The notes under the pieces: generated by a model
The model's database searches: none
Seen by the model: the letters and a program-made list of their open reading frames with translations, nothing else
What the model was told of the DNA's origin: nothing
Translations under genes and position numbers: made by a program
In this document: positions 1-5,986 of the stretch, piece after piece
Numbering within the stretch: position 1 is the stretch's first letter
Layout of the letters: the number at the start of each line of letters is the position of its first letter
IMG/VR virus record: IMGVR_UViG_3300030419_004857
Location: 1 to 64,000 of that record
From: a virus
DNA: 64,000 nucleotides
Reading direction: 5' to 3' (one strand)

Positions 1-59
1 ACCGGCCCGCCACGATTCTACGGCTTACAGCCGCGCTCATGCCACCGAGCTACAAGGGC
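1..59 (-). tRNA. tRNA-Tyr(GTA)-like gene, 3' end cut off by window edge
   Basis: Minus strand reads GCCCTTG-TA-GCTC-GGTGGCAT-GAGC-GCGG-CTGTAAG-CCGT-long variable region-GCCGGT...: acceptor 5' strand, D-arm, CT-GTA-AG anticodon loop and start of T-arm. The anticodon stem is only about 4 bp, so it is atypical. Confidence 0.5.
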
Positions 60-73
60 TTCACTTGTTTCAA

Positions 74-85
74 TTGTCAAAGATC
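74..85 (-). promoter_or_regulatory. boxA-like antitermination element (GATCTTTGACAA) upstream of the tRNA-like gene
   Basis: Resembles boxA of rRNA/tRNA leaders; lies between promoter 166-194, the GC hairpin 96-149 and the tRNA. Confidence 0.45.
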
Positions 86-95
86 GTTGTATTAT

Positions 96-149
96 CTCCC
101 CCCGGCAGTAGTCGGCTAGCACCTACTCTTGAGTTGCTGCCGGGGGGAG
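96..149 (-). other. Long GC-rich leader hairpin
   Basis: CTCCCCCCGGCAG...CTGCCGGGGGGAG, 13-bp perfect inverted repeat. Confidence 0.7.
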
Positions 150-165
150 CTTGTGTTGTGCGTGT

Positions 166-194
166 ATTGTACCAGACACGCCTCTGGTTGTCAA
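166..194 (-). promoter_or_regulatory. sigma70-type early promoter
   Basis: TTGACA-17-TACAAT. Confidence 0.85.
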
Positions 195-424
195 CCGTTT
201 TTCTTCATTGCGTCGGAATCGACATACTGAACTGGCAACGTTCGGAAGTGAAGCCCGCCCAGTCCGCAAGCCTCAAAGAACCGGTCACGGTCAAACCGGG
301 GATTCTCTCGTTCAAAGTAATCCGCTAGATCACTCGCCATCTCGTGAGAGAACTCACGCCCCACCTTGGGGAGATGCTTCTTGATGATCGCTGCCTGTTC
401 CTCGAATACTTTTCGCGTCAGCAT
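191..424 (-). CDS. Hypothetical early phage protein (77 aa, MLTRKVFEEQ...NPRFDRDRFFEACG)
   Basis: ORF track 191..490 re-started at ATG 424 (GAGGG RBS), downstream of promoter 462-490. Confidence 0.75.
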   Translation of the reverse strand: MLTRKVFEEQAAIIKKHLPKVGREFSHEMASDLADYFERENPRFDRDRFFEACGLGGLHFRTLPVQYVDSDAMKKNG

Positions 425-461
425 TGTGTCGCCCTCTCGTGTGTTGTTGTTGTGAGCGTGT

Positions 462-490
462 ATTGTATCACACGTCTCGCCTGTTGTCAA
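462..490 (-). promoter_or_regulatory. sigma70-type early promoter
   Basis: TTGACA-17-TACAAT. Confidence 0.85.
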
Positions 491-651
491 CCCTGTTTGT
501 GTGGCTGTCCGGTGAATATGTCAAGCCCGTTCTCGGCTCGCCACTGGTACAACCGGATACGCGACTCACGTTTCTCCGGGGTGTCCTTCACTTGCTTCTG
601 TTGTGGGTTACGATAGTCCGCTGTCGCCTTGCACGGAATACTGATATCCAA
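487..651 (-). CDS. Hypothetical early protein (54 aa, TTG start, MDISIPCKATADYRNPQQ...GLDIFTGQPHKQG)
   Basis: Read manually; AGAGGG RBS; TGA stop overlaps the -35 box of the next promoter. Confidence 0.6.
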   Translation of the reverse strand: MDISIPCKATADYRNPQQKQVKDTPEKRESRIRLYQWRAENGLDIFTGQPHKQG

Positions 652-760
652 CTGTCTGCCCTCTTTCTAGTTCACTGGCTCACAGGTCGTCCCGTTGTGG
701 AGCGGCCTCGTTAGCGTGATACTGTGAACGCTAACGAGGCCGCTTGTTTTACCTCAACCC

Positions 761-952
761 CTACGGGGGTGGGATCATAGCGGGCTTGCACGGTGGCGAA
801 TACCGACCCGCCAACGCTCGGATCAACTCGTCCTCGTCCACCAACATCTGGAAAACGTGGTCGCCAATTGTCACGGCCAAAACCGTAGAGCCAACCGGCC
901 TAGCTTGCGTTGCGTCAAGCGTCTCCACCTTTGCATCATGTATCTGTATCAT
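761..952 (-). CDS. Hypothetical early protein (63 aa)
   Basis: ORF track; GAGG RBS; tiles with the neighbouring minus-strand ORFs. Confidence 0.6.
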   Translation of the reverse strand: MIQIHDAKVETLDATQARPVGSTVLAVTIGDHVFQMLVDEDELIRALAGRYSPPCKPAMIPPP

Positions 953-955
953 CGT

Positions 956-1051
956 CTACCTCGTGCCAATAATAATGAGTGTCCAGTATACCAGAAACGA
1001 CATCGTCAGCCAAGTGTCCCGATCAATCCTTTTCAGTGTCTTCACTTTCAT
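956..1051 (-). CDS. Micro-ORF, 31 aa, hydrophobic C-half (MKVKTLKRIDRDTWLTMSFLVYWTLIIIGTR)
   Basis: Read manually; ATGA overlap with the upstream micro-ORF; GAGGG RBS. Confidence 0.55.
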   Translation of the reverse strand: MKVKTLKRIDRDTWLTMSFLVYWTLIIIGTR

Positions 1052-1119
1052 CCCTCTACAATATCCTTTACCAACAAACTAAACAAAGCCGCTGCCACTG
1101 CCCACATCCACCAACTCAT
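1048..1119 (-). CDS. Hydrophobic micropeptide, 23 aa (MSWWMWAVAAALFSLLVKDIVEG)
   Basis: Read manually; GAGG RBS; directly downstream of promoter 1144-1171. Confidence 0.6.
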   Translation of the reverse strand: MSWWMWAVAAALFSLLVKDIVEG

Positions 1120-1143
1120 CGCGTCAGTCCTCGATTCGTATGT

Positions 1144-1171
1144 ATTATACCAGATATGCCGCCGATGTCAA
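1144..1171 (-). promoter_or_regulatory. sigma70-type early promoter
   Basis: TTGACA-16-TATAAT. Confidence 0.85.
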
Positions 1172-1398
1172 GCCCACCAGATACGCTCACCGGCCAACGC
1201 TCTCGCACCGAGGTGAACCGATTCGGCCCACGCCCACAGCTTCCGATTCTTCTCGGTTGGTACGGCGGATGCCTGAGCCTTGTACTTGTCCATCACGGCT
1301 TTCGCCTTGTCAACGTCGGTCAGCTTGGCACGTTGTGCCCGGTCGATGCCCTTGTTGATTTTCTCTCGTGTGATCTCTGCTGCCATTGTCCAAGTCAT
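1168..1398 (-). CDS. Hypothetical early protein (76 aa, basic, helical)
   Basis: ORF track; AAAGGG RBS; downstream of promoter 1435-1462; stop lies inside the next -35 box. Confidence 0.7.
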   Translation of the reverse strand: MTWTMAAEITREKINKGIDRAQRAKLTDVDKAKAVMDKYKAQASAVPTEKNRKLWAWAESVHLGARALAGERIWWA

Positions 1399-1434
1399 GT
1401 GCGCCCTTTCGTGTGTCGCGTGTTGTATGCCCCC

Positions 1435-1462
1435 ATTATACTATATTATCGTCAAAAGTCAA
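1435..1462 (-). promoter_or_regulatory. sigma70-type early promoter
   Basis: TTGACT-16-TATAAT. Confidence 0.75.
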
Positions 1463-1604
1463 GCCCAACCTCCACCCTATCTCCCCTTTTTTCCTAATTG
1501 AGATCCAGTCTCAACTCACTGACCCACAGCCTTCCCTCTTCGCAAGCCGGGCGGTTGTCGCAAGACAGCCGCCCGGCGCGTTCTACCCTATCCCGCCTTC
1601 TATG

Positions 1605-1724
1605 TCAACCCCAATTTGTCATTATTCCTACGAATGTGATTGTCACCATCGCCGCCGCGAATCCCATTGACAGCATCCACATGAGGATGTATACCCACTC
1701 ACACGCCACACCAAACCACTTCAT
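1605..1724 (-). CDS. Hydrophobic micropeptide, 39 aa (MKWFGVACEWVYILMWMLSMGFAAAMVTITFVGIMTNWG)
   Basis: Read manually; TAATG coupling to ORF 1724..1942; GGAGG RBS. Confidence 0.6.
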   Translation of the reverse strand: MKWFGVACEWVYILMWMLSMGFAAAMVTITFVGIMTNWG

Positions 1725-1942
1725 TAGACTTCCTCCGTTCGGATAGTATAGCAGCCCGCGTCCTCGCCCCGTGGCAGAACTTGATAGGCCACCCCTTCGG
1801 TGGACACCGAGATACTGAACAGCCGATGCCCGTCAGCGTTGTGTACGTCCACGGTCGCCACCCCCAATTCGGGAATGTCTTCCATGCTGAAGAATCCCAT
1901 TCCGCCCTGAGTGTCACAAACGTCCATATGATCAAGTCTCAT
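1724..1942 (-). CDS. Hypothetical early protein (72 aa)
   Basis: ORF track; operon-like tiling. Confidence 0.65.
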   Translation of the reverse strand: MRLDHMDVCDTQGGMGFFSMEDIPELGVATVDVHNADGHRLFSISVSTEGVAYQVLPRGEDAGCYTIRTEEV

Positions 1943-1943
1943 T

Positions 1944-2189
1944 CTACGTCCCCTTCACTTTCCAGATTTTCACTCTCTTGCCCAACTCACCGTTGAACCC
2001 AACACCGCCACCGGTCAGTTGTGAATAGTCAATTGCCATTCCCACCTTGCCACCATCTGCAAGCCCAAGTTGACCATGCAGGATGGTGATGTACTGGTGT
2101 TTGCGGTGAGCCTTCAACGGCACGATTGCGAAGTCGTGCTTGGCTCCCCTGTCGAACAAGTCGCCTGTCTTCGGTTTGTGTTGCATCAT
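1944..2189 (-). CDS. Hypothetical early protein (81 aa)
   Basis: ORF track; GGAG RBS. Confidence 0.65.
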   Translation of the reverse strand: MMQHKPKTGDLFDRGAKHDFAIVPLKAHRKHQYITILHGQLGLADGGKVGMAIDYSQLTGGGVGFNGELGKRVKIWKVKGT

Positions 2190-2197
2190 TTTCTCCG

Positions 2198-2440
2198 TCA
2201 GTCACTCACACAGAATCGGGTAGGGGGACGGTAGTTCGGCCCAGCCTCGTGGGCCGCTTGCCGGTCACGGTTGCCCGCGAACCACGCCTTCCACTCGTCC
2301 AGCCAGTGGGGGAAAGTTATACCAGCCCGCTGGTTGTCAACCTGCTCGCAGCGGAAACACTGGTTGCCCGCCACAAAGGACGCACAAGTCAGTCGGCCAC
2401 AAGCACAGTTGTGTGGGCTGGTGTGATTGTTGTTGGTCAT
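2198..2440 (-). CDS. Hypothetical early protein (80 aa, Cys-rich N-half, possibly Zn-binding)
   Basis: ORF track; GAGGG RBS; CACG..C...CFRC; downstream of promoter 2474-2503. Confidence 0.65.
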   Translation of the reverse strand: MTNNNHTSPHNCACGRLTCASFVAGNQCFRCEQVDNQRAGITFPHWLDEWKAWFAGNRDRQAAHEAGPNYRPPTRFCVSD

Positions 2441-2473
2441 AGTGTTACCCTCTCGTGTTGTTTGTCAGAACGT

Positions 2474-2503
2474 ATTATAGCAGACGCCCCCGCCCGCCGT
2501 CAA
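2474..2503 (-). promoter_or_regulatory. sigma70-type early promoter
   Basis: TTGACG-18-TATAAT. Confidence 0.75.
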
Positions 2504-2505
2504 CC

Positions 2506-2805
2506 CTACCACCCGCAGTCATCGTACTGCCCGTGGTCCCAGTCGTCCCCACCCATGTAATCCTGCCACTCGGTGTACTCGTCCGGTTGCCCGTCGTCCT
2601 CATAGTAGTCGTCGTCGTCCACGTCCTCCACCACCGGCAACTCGTCCTTGCGGATCTGGAACGTCTCCGGTTCGTCTTTGGCTCCGAACACCGGGAACGG
2701 GTACGCTGGGGGGTACGGTGCGGATTCTTCCCGTGCCCGCTTGTCGGCCTCGATGATCTGGGCCTCGATGTCGGTCACGTTGTCGCGGGTCTCGTCGTGT
2801 CGCAT
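2506..2805 (-). CDS. Small highly acidic protein, paralogue A (99 aa)
   Basis: GGAG RBS; D/E-rich; aligns with 3352..3576. Confidence 0.8.
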   Translation of the reverse strand: MRHDETRDNVTDIEAQIIEADKRAREESAPYPPAYPFPVFGAKDEPETFQIRKDELPVVEDVDDDDYYEDDGQPDEYTEWQDYMGGDDWDHGQYDDCGW

Positions 2806-2960
2806 GGTATCTCCATTTTTCTCACTGGCTCACAAGCAGCACCGTTGTGGAGCGGCCTTGTTAGCGTGAGACTGCGAACGCTAACAAGGCCGCTTGTTTT
2901 ACCTGAACATCGCGGCGGGTCGACCCCGGAACTTGGGGAGCTTGTCACCCGTGTGCGTGT

Positions 2961-2989
2961 ATTGTATCCGACCTCGCCCCGGCTGTCAA
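2961..2989 (-). promoter_or_regulatory. sigma70-type early promoter
   Basis: TTGACA-17-TACAAT. Confidence 0.85.
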
Positions 2990-3093
2990 CCCCTATTGTT
3001 GGTCAGCCGCCAGATAAGTCGGTCCATCAGGTCAGCACAAACGATTCCGCCAAACACGGCGAACACCAGATCGGTAAACCACATGTCGTGCAT
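2986..3093 (-). CDS. Micropeptide, 35 aa (MHDMWFTDLVFAVFGGIVCADLMDRLIWRLTNNRG)
   Basis: Read manually; GGAG RBS; stop inside the next -35 box. Confidence 0.55.
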   Translation of the reverse strand: MHDMWFTDLVFAVFGGIVCADLMDRLIWRLTNNRG

Positions 3094-3213
3094 CAGACTA
3101 CTCCATTGCCCTTTTCACACTGACTCACGAGTCGCTCCGTTGTGGAGCAGCGTCGTTGACCTAGGACGAAACGACGCTGCTTGTTCTACCTGAACAGCGC
3201 CGCGTCCCGCCGA

Positions 3214-3285
3214 TCACAGCGTTTCCAGATTTACCAACAACTGGTACACCGCCACTCCCGCCGCTATCACATACATCACGCCCAT
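3214..3285 (-). CDS. Hydrophobic micropeptide, 23 aa (MGVMYVIAAGVAVYQLLVNLETL)
   Basis: Read manually; GAGGG RBS. Confidence 0.5.
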   Translation of the reverse strand: MGVMYVIAAGVAVYQLLVNLETL

Positions 3286-3292
3286 ATCGCCC

Positions 3293-3343
3293 TCACTTGT
3301 AAACCGCAATAAACAACAAAGCCGCCGCCGCCACTTGCACCAT
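3293..3343 (-). CDS. Hydrophobic micropeptide, 16 aa (MVQVAAAALLFIAVYK)
   Basis: Read manually; weak RBS; shares VAAAL with 1048..1119. Confidence 0.4.
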   Translation of the reverse strand: MVQVAAAALLFIAVYK

Positions 3344-3351
3344 CGTATCCA

Positions 3352-3576
3352 CTAGTAGCCCTCACCCCACACGGATTCACTGTGATCATAGTACTCGTCA
3401 CCGCCGAAGTAATCTTGCCACTCGTCATACTCCGATGGCTGATGATCATCTTCCTCAATGTCGTCTTCATCGGTCACGACCGCATCGAAGAACCAACCCG
3501 CCGTCTCGCGGTTGTCGGCCTCGATGATGGTATCTTCGGTGTCGGTGATGTTGTCGCGTGTGTCGTCGAATCGCAT
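3352..3576 (-). CDS. Small highly acidic protein, paralogue B (74 aa)
   Basis: AAGGG RBS; aligns with 2506..2805. Confidence 0.8.
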   Translation of the reverse strand: MRFDDTRDNITDTEDTIIEADNRETAGWFFDAVVTDEDDIEEDDHQPSEYDEWQDYFGGDEYYDHSESVWGEGY

Positions 3577-3653
3577 TGTGTCTACCCTTTCAAGGTAAGT
3601 GTGTTGGGTCGGCCCCGTTGAGTGGGGAGCTTGTCACCCGTGTGTATGTAGGT

Positions 3654-3682
3654 ATTGTATCAGGACTGCCAACGAGTGTCAA
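3654..3682 (-). promoter_or_regulatory. sigma70-type early promoter
   Basis: TTGACA-17-TACAAT. Confidence 0.85.
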
Positions 3683-3878
3683 CCGTCCGCTTCACGTATC
3701 TCCGTCGCCACACCCCACGGATGTACTGTTCACTTCCACAGTGGAGAATGGTGTTGCTGTAATCACCATGCCGGATGCCGATGTACCAGCTTGTACCCCG
3801 ATGCCACATGGTGATTTCTCTGTCGTTAGCCTTGCACCATGTCATGGTCGGTGCGGTTGTCGCGATCACGGTCTTCAT
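3660..3878 (-). CDS. Hypothetical early protein (72 aa)
   Basis: ORF track; start uncertain. Confidence 0.55.
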   Translation of the reverse strand: MKTVIATTAPTMTWCKANDREITMWHRGTSWYIGIRHGDYSNTILHCGSEQYIRGVWRRRYVKRTVDTRWQS

Positions 3879-3975
3879 TTCTCTGACTCACAGGGGGTGT
3901 TGTTGTGGAGCAGCGTTGTTAGCGTGAGACGGGCGAACGCTAACAACGCTGCTTGTCTTACCCGACCTCCGACCG

Positions 3976-4041
3976 CTAGTCGAAGTCGCCAAGCAGCCAA
4001 GCGATGATGATGATAAGTCCGAGGTAACCTGAGAAGCCCAT
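3976..4041 (-). CDS. Hydrophobic micropeptide, 21 aa (MGFSGYLGLIIIIAWLLGDFD)
   Basis: GGAG RBS; own promoter 4073-4101; paralogue at 4759..4824 differs by synonymous/conservative changes. Confidence 0.75.
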   Translation of the reverse strand: MGFSGYLGLIIIIAWLLGDFD

Positions 4042-4072
4042 GTCATTCTCCATGTGTGATGTGTATGCCAGT

Positions 4073-4101
4073 ATATTACCGACTCGCCTCTCCCGTGTCA
4101 A
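4073..4101 (-). promoter_or_regulatory. sigma70-type early promoter
   Basis: TTGACA-17-TAATAT with an AT-rich upstream tract. Confidence 0.75.
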
Positions 4102-4249
4102 CCCCCAATTTACTAATTTATAAAATCGCTGGCTCACGCCTCCCCTTCTTGTGGAGCCGCGTGGATGTCCTAAGACCATTCACGCGGCTCGTCTTACCCG
4201 ATCTCGGAAAAATCCGGTTTTGGGCTTGACTTCCGCGCGGCGGTTGATC

Positions 4250-4423
4250 TCAGCAATGCCGGTGTGTGTCGTGCCAATAGTCGAACCCGCTTGGCCCGTC
4301 GCCGGTCGGTTTCGGCTTGTCGGTTTTCACGCCGCTCGCCTCGTCCGCTTTCCGCTTGGCGACCCGAGCCTTATAGTCGGCCCATCGTTTGCGTCGCCGT
4401 TCCCAGTCTTGTGCGTTTGTCAT
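4250..4423 (-). CDS. Hypothetical basic protein (57 aa, MTNAQDWERRRKRWADYKARVAKRK...)
   Basis: Read manually; starts 3 nt after the endonuclease stop; AAGGGA RBS. Confidence 0.55.
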   Translation of the reverse strand: MTNAQDWERRRKRWADYKARVAKRKADEASGVKTDKPKPTGDGPSGFDYWHDTHRHC

Positions 4424-4426
4424 TCT

Positions 4427-4759
4427 CTATCCCTTCAAGTAATTGATTGCCCGACGCAGCATGTCGATGCTGTCGCCAAACTTGCCAAGTGCGTTGTTGC
4501 AGTCGTTGCACAACCAGCCCCGAAACTCATCGGTGTCGTGGTCGTGGTCGAGTACGATCTTGCCGCCGCTCCGTTTGCAGATCGGACACGTCGCGTCGGT
4601 CGGTTTCGTATTCTCCCGATGGAGTCTTGCCCGGACTTTCCGTTGGTGTCCCCGGCAATCGTTGCAAGTGTGTTTCCGCAACACGCCGCTTGGCAGTGTG
4701 TTGTTGATCGGAAAGTGGTCGAGTGGTTTCGTCTCGTCACATCGTTTGCAGATCCGCAT
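4427..4759 (-). CDS. Recombination endonuclease VII-family (His-Me finger) nuclease
   Basis: CPIC...LDHDHDT..FRGWLC..CN.ALG.F.D...L..A..YL signature plus an N-terminal CxxC/CxxC finger. Confidence 0.88.
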   Translation of the reverse strand: MRICKRCDETKPLDHFPINNTLPSGVLRKHTCNDCRGHQRKVRARLHRENTKPTDATCPICKRSGGKIVLDHDHDTDEFRGWLCNDCNNALGKFGDSIDMLRRAINYLKG

Positions 4760-4824
4760 TAGTCGAAGTCTCCCAAGACGAAAGCGAGCACAATCAGCAG
4801 TCCGAGGTAACCTGAGAATCCCAT
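4759..4824 (-). CDS. Hydrophobic micropeptide, 21 aa (MGFSGYLGLLIVLAFVLGDFD)
   Basis: GGAG RBS; own promoter 4859-4886; TAATG-coupled to the endonuclease VII gene. Confidence 0.75.
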   Translation of the reverse strand: MGFSGYLGLLIVLAFVLGDFD

Positions 4825-4858
4825 TGTCGTTTTCTCCGTTGCGTTGTTGTATCTGTCC

Positions 4859-4886
4859 ATTGTAGCAAACCGCCGCCCGCTGTCAA
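4859..4886 (-). promoter_or_regulatory. sigma70-type early promoter
   Basis: TTGACA-16-TACAAT. Confidence 0.8.
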
Positions 4887-4888
4887 CC

Positions 4889-5014
4889 CTACCGCCGTCG
4901 CGACTTGAACGGGTTGAAGCGGCAGAAGTCTTGCACTGCGATCAGCCCCATCGGAACCACGATCAGTGCGAGTGCGGTCAGTGCGATCAGTGCGTCGATT
5001 GTTGTGGTCGTCAT
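4889..5014 (-). CDS. Single-TM micropeptide, 41 aa (MTTTTIDALIALTALALIVVPMGLIAVQDFCRFNPFKSRRR)
   Basis: GGAG RBS; own promoter 5048-5075; similar to 5856..5957. Confidence 0.7.
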   Translation of the reverse strand: MTTTTIDALIALTALALIVVPMGLIAVQDFCRFNPFKSRRR

Positions 5015-5047
5015 TGTGTTGTCTCCGTTGCGTTGTTGTGAGTCTCC

Positions 5048-5075
5048 ATTGTAGTTGATCGGCCACCTACGTCAA
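5048..5075 (-). promoter_or_regulatory. sigma70-type early promoter
   Basis: TTGACG-16-TACAAT. Confidence 0.75.
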
Positions 5076-5109
5076 TCCACTTTAGTCACTTTGGCCCATT
5101 TTTTTCCAG

Positions 5110-5151
5110 TGCAACTACCGTGCCAAACGGCCCCAGCAAAACCCGTGCCAA
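5110..5151 (-). promoter_or_regulatory. Two tandem sigma54 (-24/-12) consensus sites
   Basis: TTGGCACG-GGTT-TTGCT (5135-5151) and TTGGCACG-GTAG-TTGCA (5110-5126), both matching TGGCACG-N4-TTGCW. Confidence 0.7.
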
Positions 5152-5167
5152 TCGGAAAATTTCCTTA

Positions 5168-5203
5168 TTGAGACTGAGTCTCAACATGTAGCATTATGCT
5201 ACA
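5168..5203. promoter_or_regulatory. Two adjacent 17-bp operator-like palindromes
   Basis: TTGAGACT-G-AGTCTCAA (5168-5184; related copy at 1498-1514) and TGTAGCAT-T-ATGCTACA (5187-5203). Confidence 0.65.
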
Positions 5204-5311
5204 CTTCGCCTTCAAGCTGCATGGGTGTGGAAAGACACACCCATGCAGCTTGTCTTACCCGACCCCCTAGAGGGCCGGGCTTGCCCAGCTTACCAAGCTT
5301 ACCCAGCTTGC

Positions 5312-5383
5312 CTACCAGTCCGCGTTCCCCAAAAGCCCCTCATATACCACAGCTACCAAAGCCACCAGAAACAGCGTATTCAT
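5312..5383 (-). CDS. Hydrophobic micropeptide, 23 aa (MNTLFLVALVAVVYEGLLGNADW)
   Basis: Read manually; lies in a ~200-bp duplicated unit; paralogue at 5515..5577. Confidence 0.65.
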   Translation of the reverse strand: MNTLFLVALVAVVYEGLLGNADW

Positions 5384-5514
5384 GCCAATTTCCCTATCTT
5401 ACCTAGCTTCACACACTCCGCCGTTCATCGGCGTCGTTGGGCTACAACGAAACGACGCCGATAGTCTTACCCGACCCCCCATTGGGCCGGGCTTACCCAT
5501 CTTGCCAAGTCTGC

Positions 5515-5577
5515 CTATCCCCCCAAAAGCCCCTCGTAGATGATAGCTGCCAGAGCGACCAGAAATAGCGTATTCAT
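5515..5577 (-). CDS. Hydrophobic micropeptide, 20 aa (MNTLFLVALAAIIYEGLLGG)
   Basis: GGGAG RBS; differences from the paralogue are synonymous or conservative. Confidence 0.68.
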   Translation of the reverse strand: MNTLFLVALAAIIYEGLLGG

Positions 5578-5740
5578 ACCAAACTCCCTATCTTGCCTAG
5601 CTTCCGTCACGTCGCCGTCAATCAGCGTCGTTGAGGTGAAACGAAACGACGCTGATCGTCCTACCTCATCCCGCCCTGCACGGTGGGCCGACCCCGGAGC
5701 TTGGGGAGCTTTCGCCCTTGTGTGCTGTGAGCGCCTCGCC

Positions 5741-5791
5741 TCATCCGTCGATGATGATGGCGATGATCGCGATGATCAGAAACCAATTCAT
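5741..5791 (-). CDS. Hydrophobic micropeptide, 16 aa (MNWFLIIAIIAIIIDG)
   Basis: GGGAG RBS; own promoter 5825-5853. Confidence 0.65.
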   Translation of the reverse strand: MNWFLIIAIIAIIIDG

Positions 5792-5824
5792 GTTGTTCTC
5801 CCTAGTGCGTTGTTGTGTACGGGT

Positions 5825-5853
5825 ATTGTATACCAACACCCCACCACTGTCAA
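5825..5853 (-). promoter_or_regulatory. sigma70-type early promoter
   Basis: TTGACA-17-TACAAT. Confidence 0.85.
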
Positions 5854-5855
5854 CC

Positions 5856-5957
5856 CTACTTGCGCCACGAGTGTGCCCGTGCATCCTGAATACCGAGGAT
5901 GATGATGGGCAGGACGATGGCGGTCAGCATGGCGGCGGTGATGAGTGTGTTGGTCAT
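5856..5957 (-). CDS. Single-TM micropeptide, 33 aa (MTNTLITAAMLTAIVLPIIILGIQDARAHSWRK)
   Basis: GGAG RBS; similar to 4889..5014. Confidence 0.62.
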   Translation of the reverse strand: MTNTLITAAMLTAIVLPIIILGIQDARAHSWRK

Positions 5958-5986
5958 GGCCTGTGGCTCCGGTTATGTCGTCGTTG

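Noticed and set aside
5187-5203. NtcA box
   Set aside because: Spacing is GTA-N9-TAC, not GTA-N8-TAC
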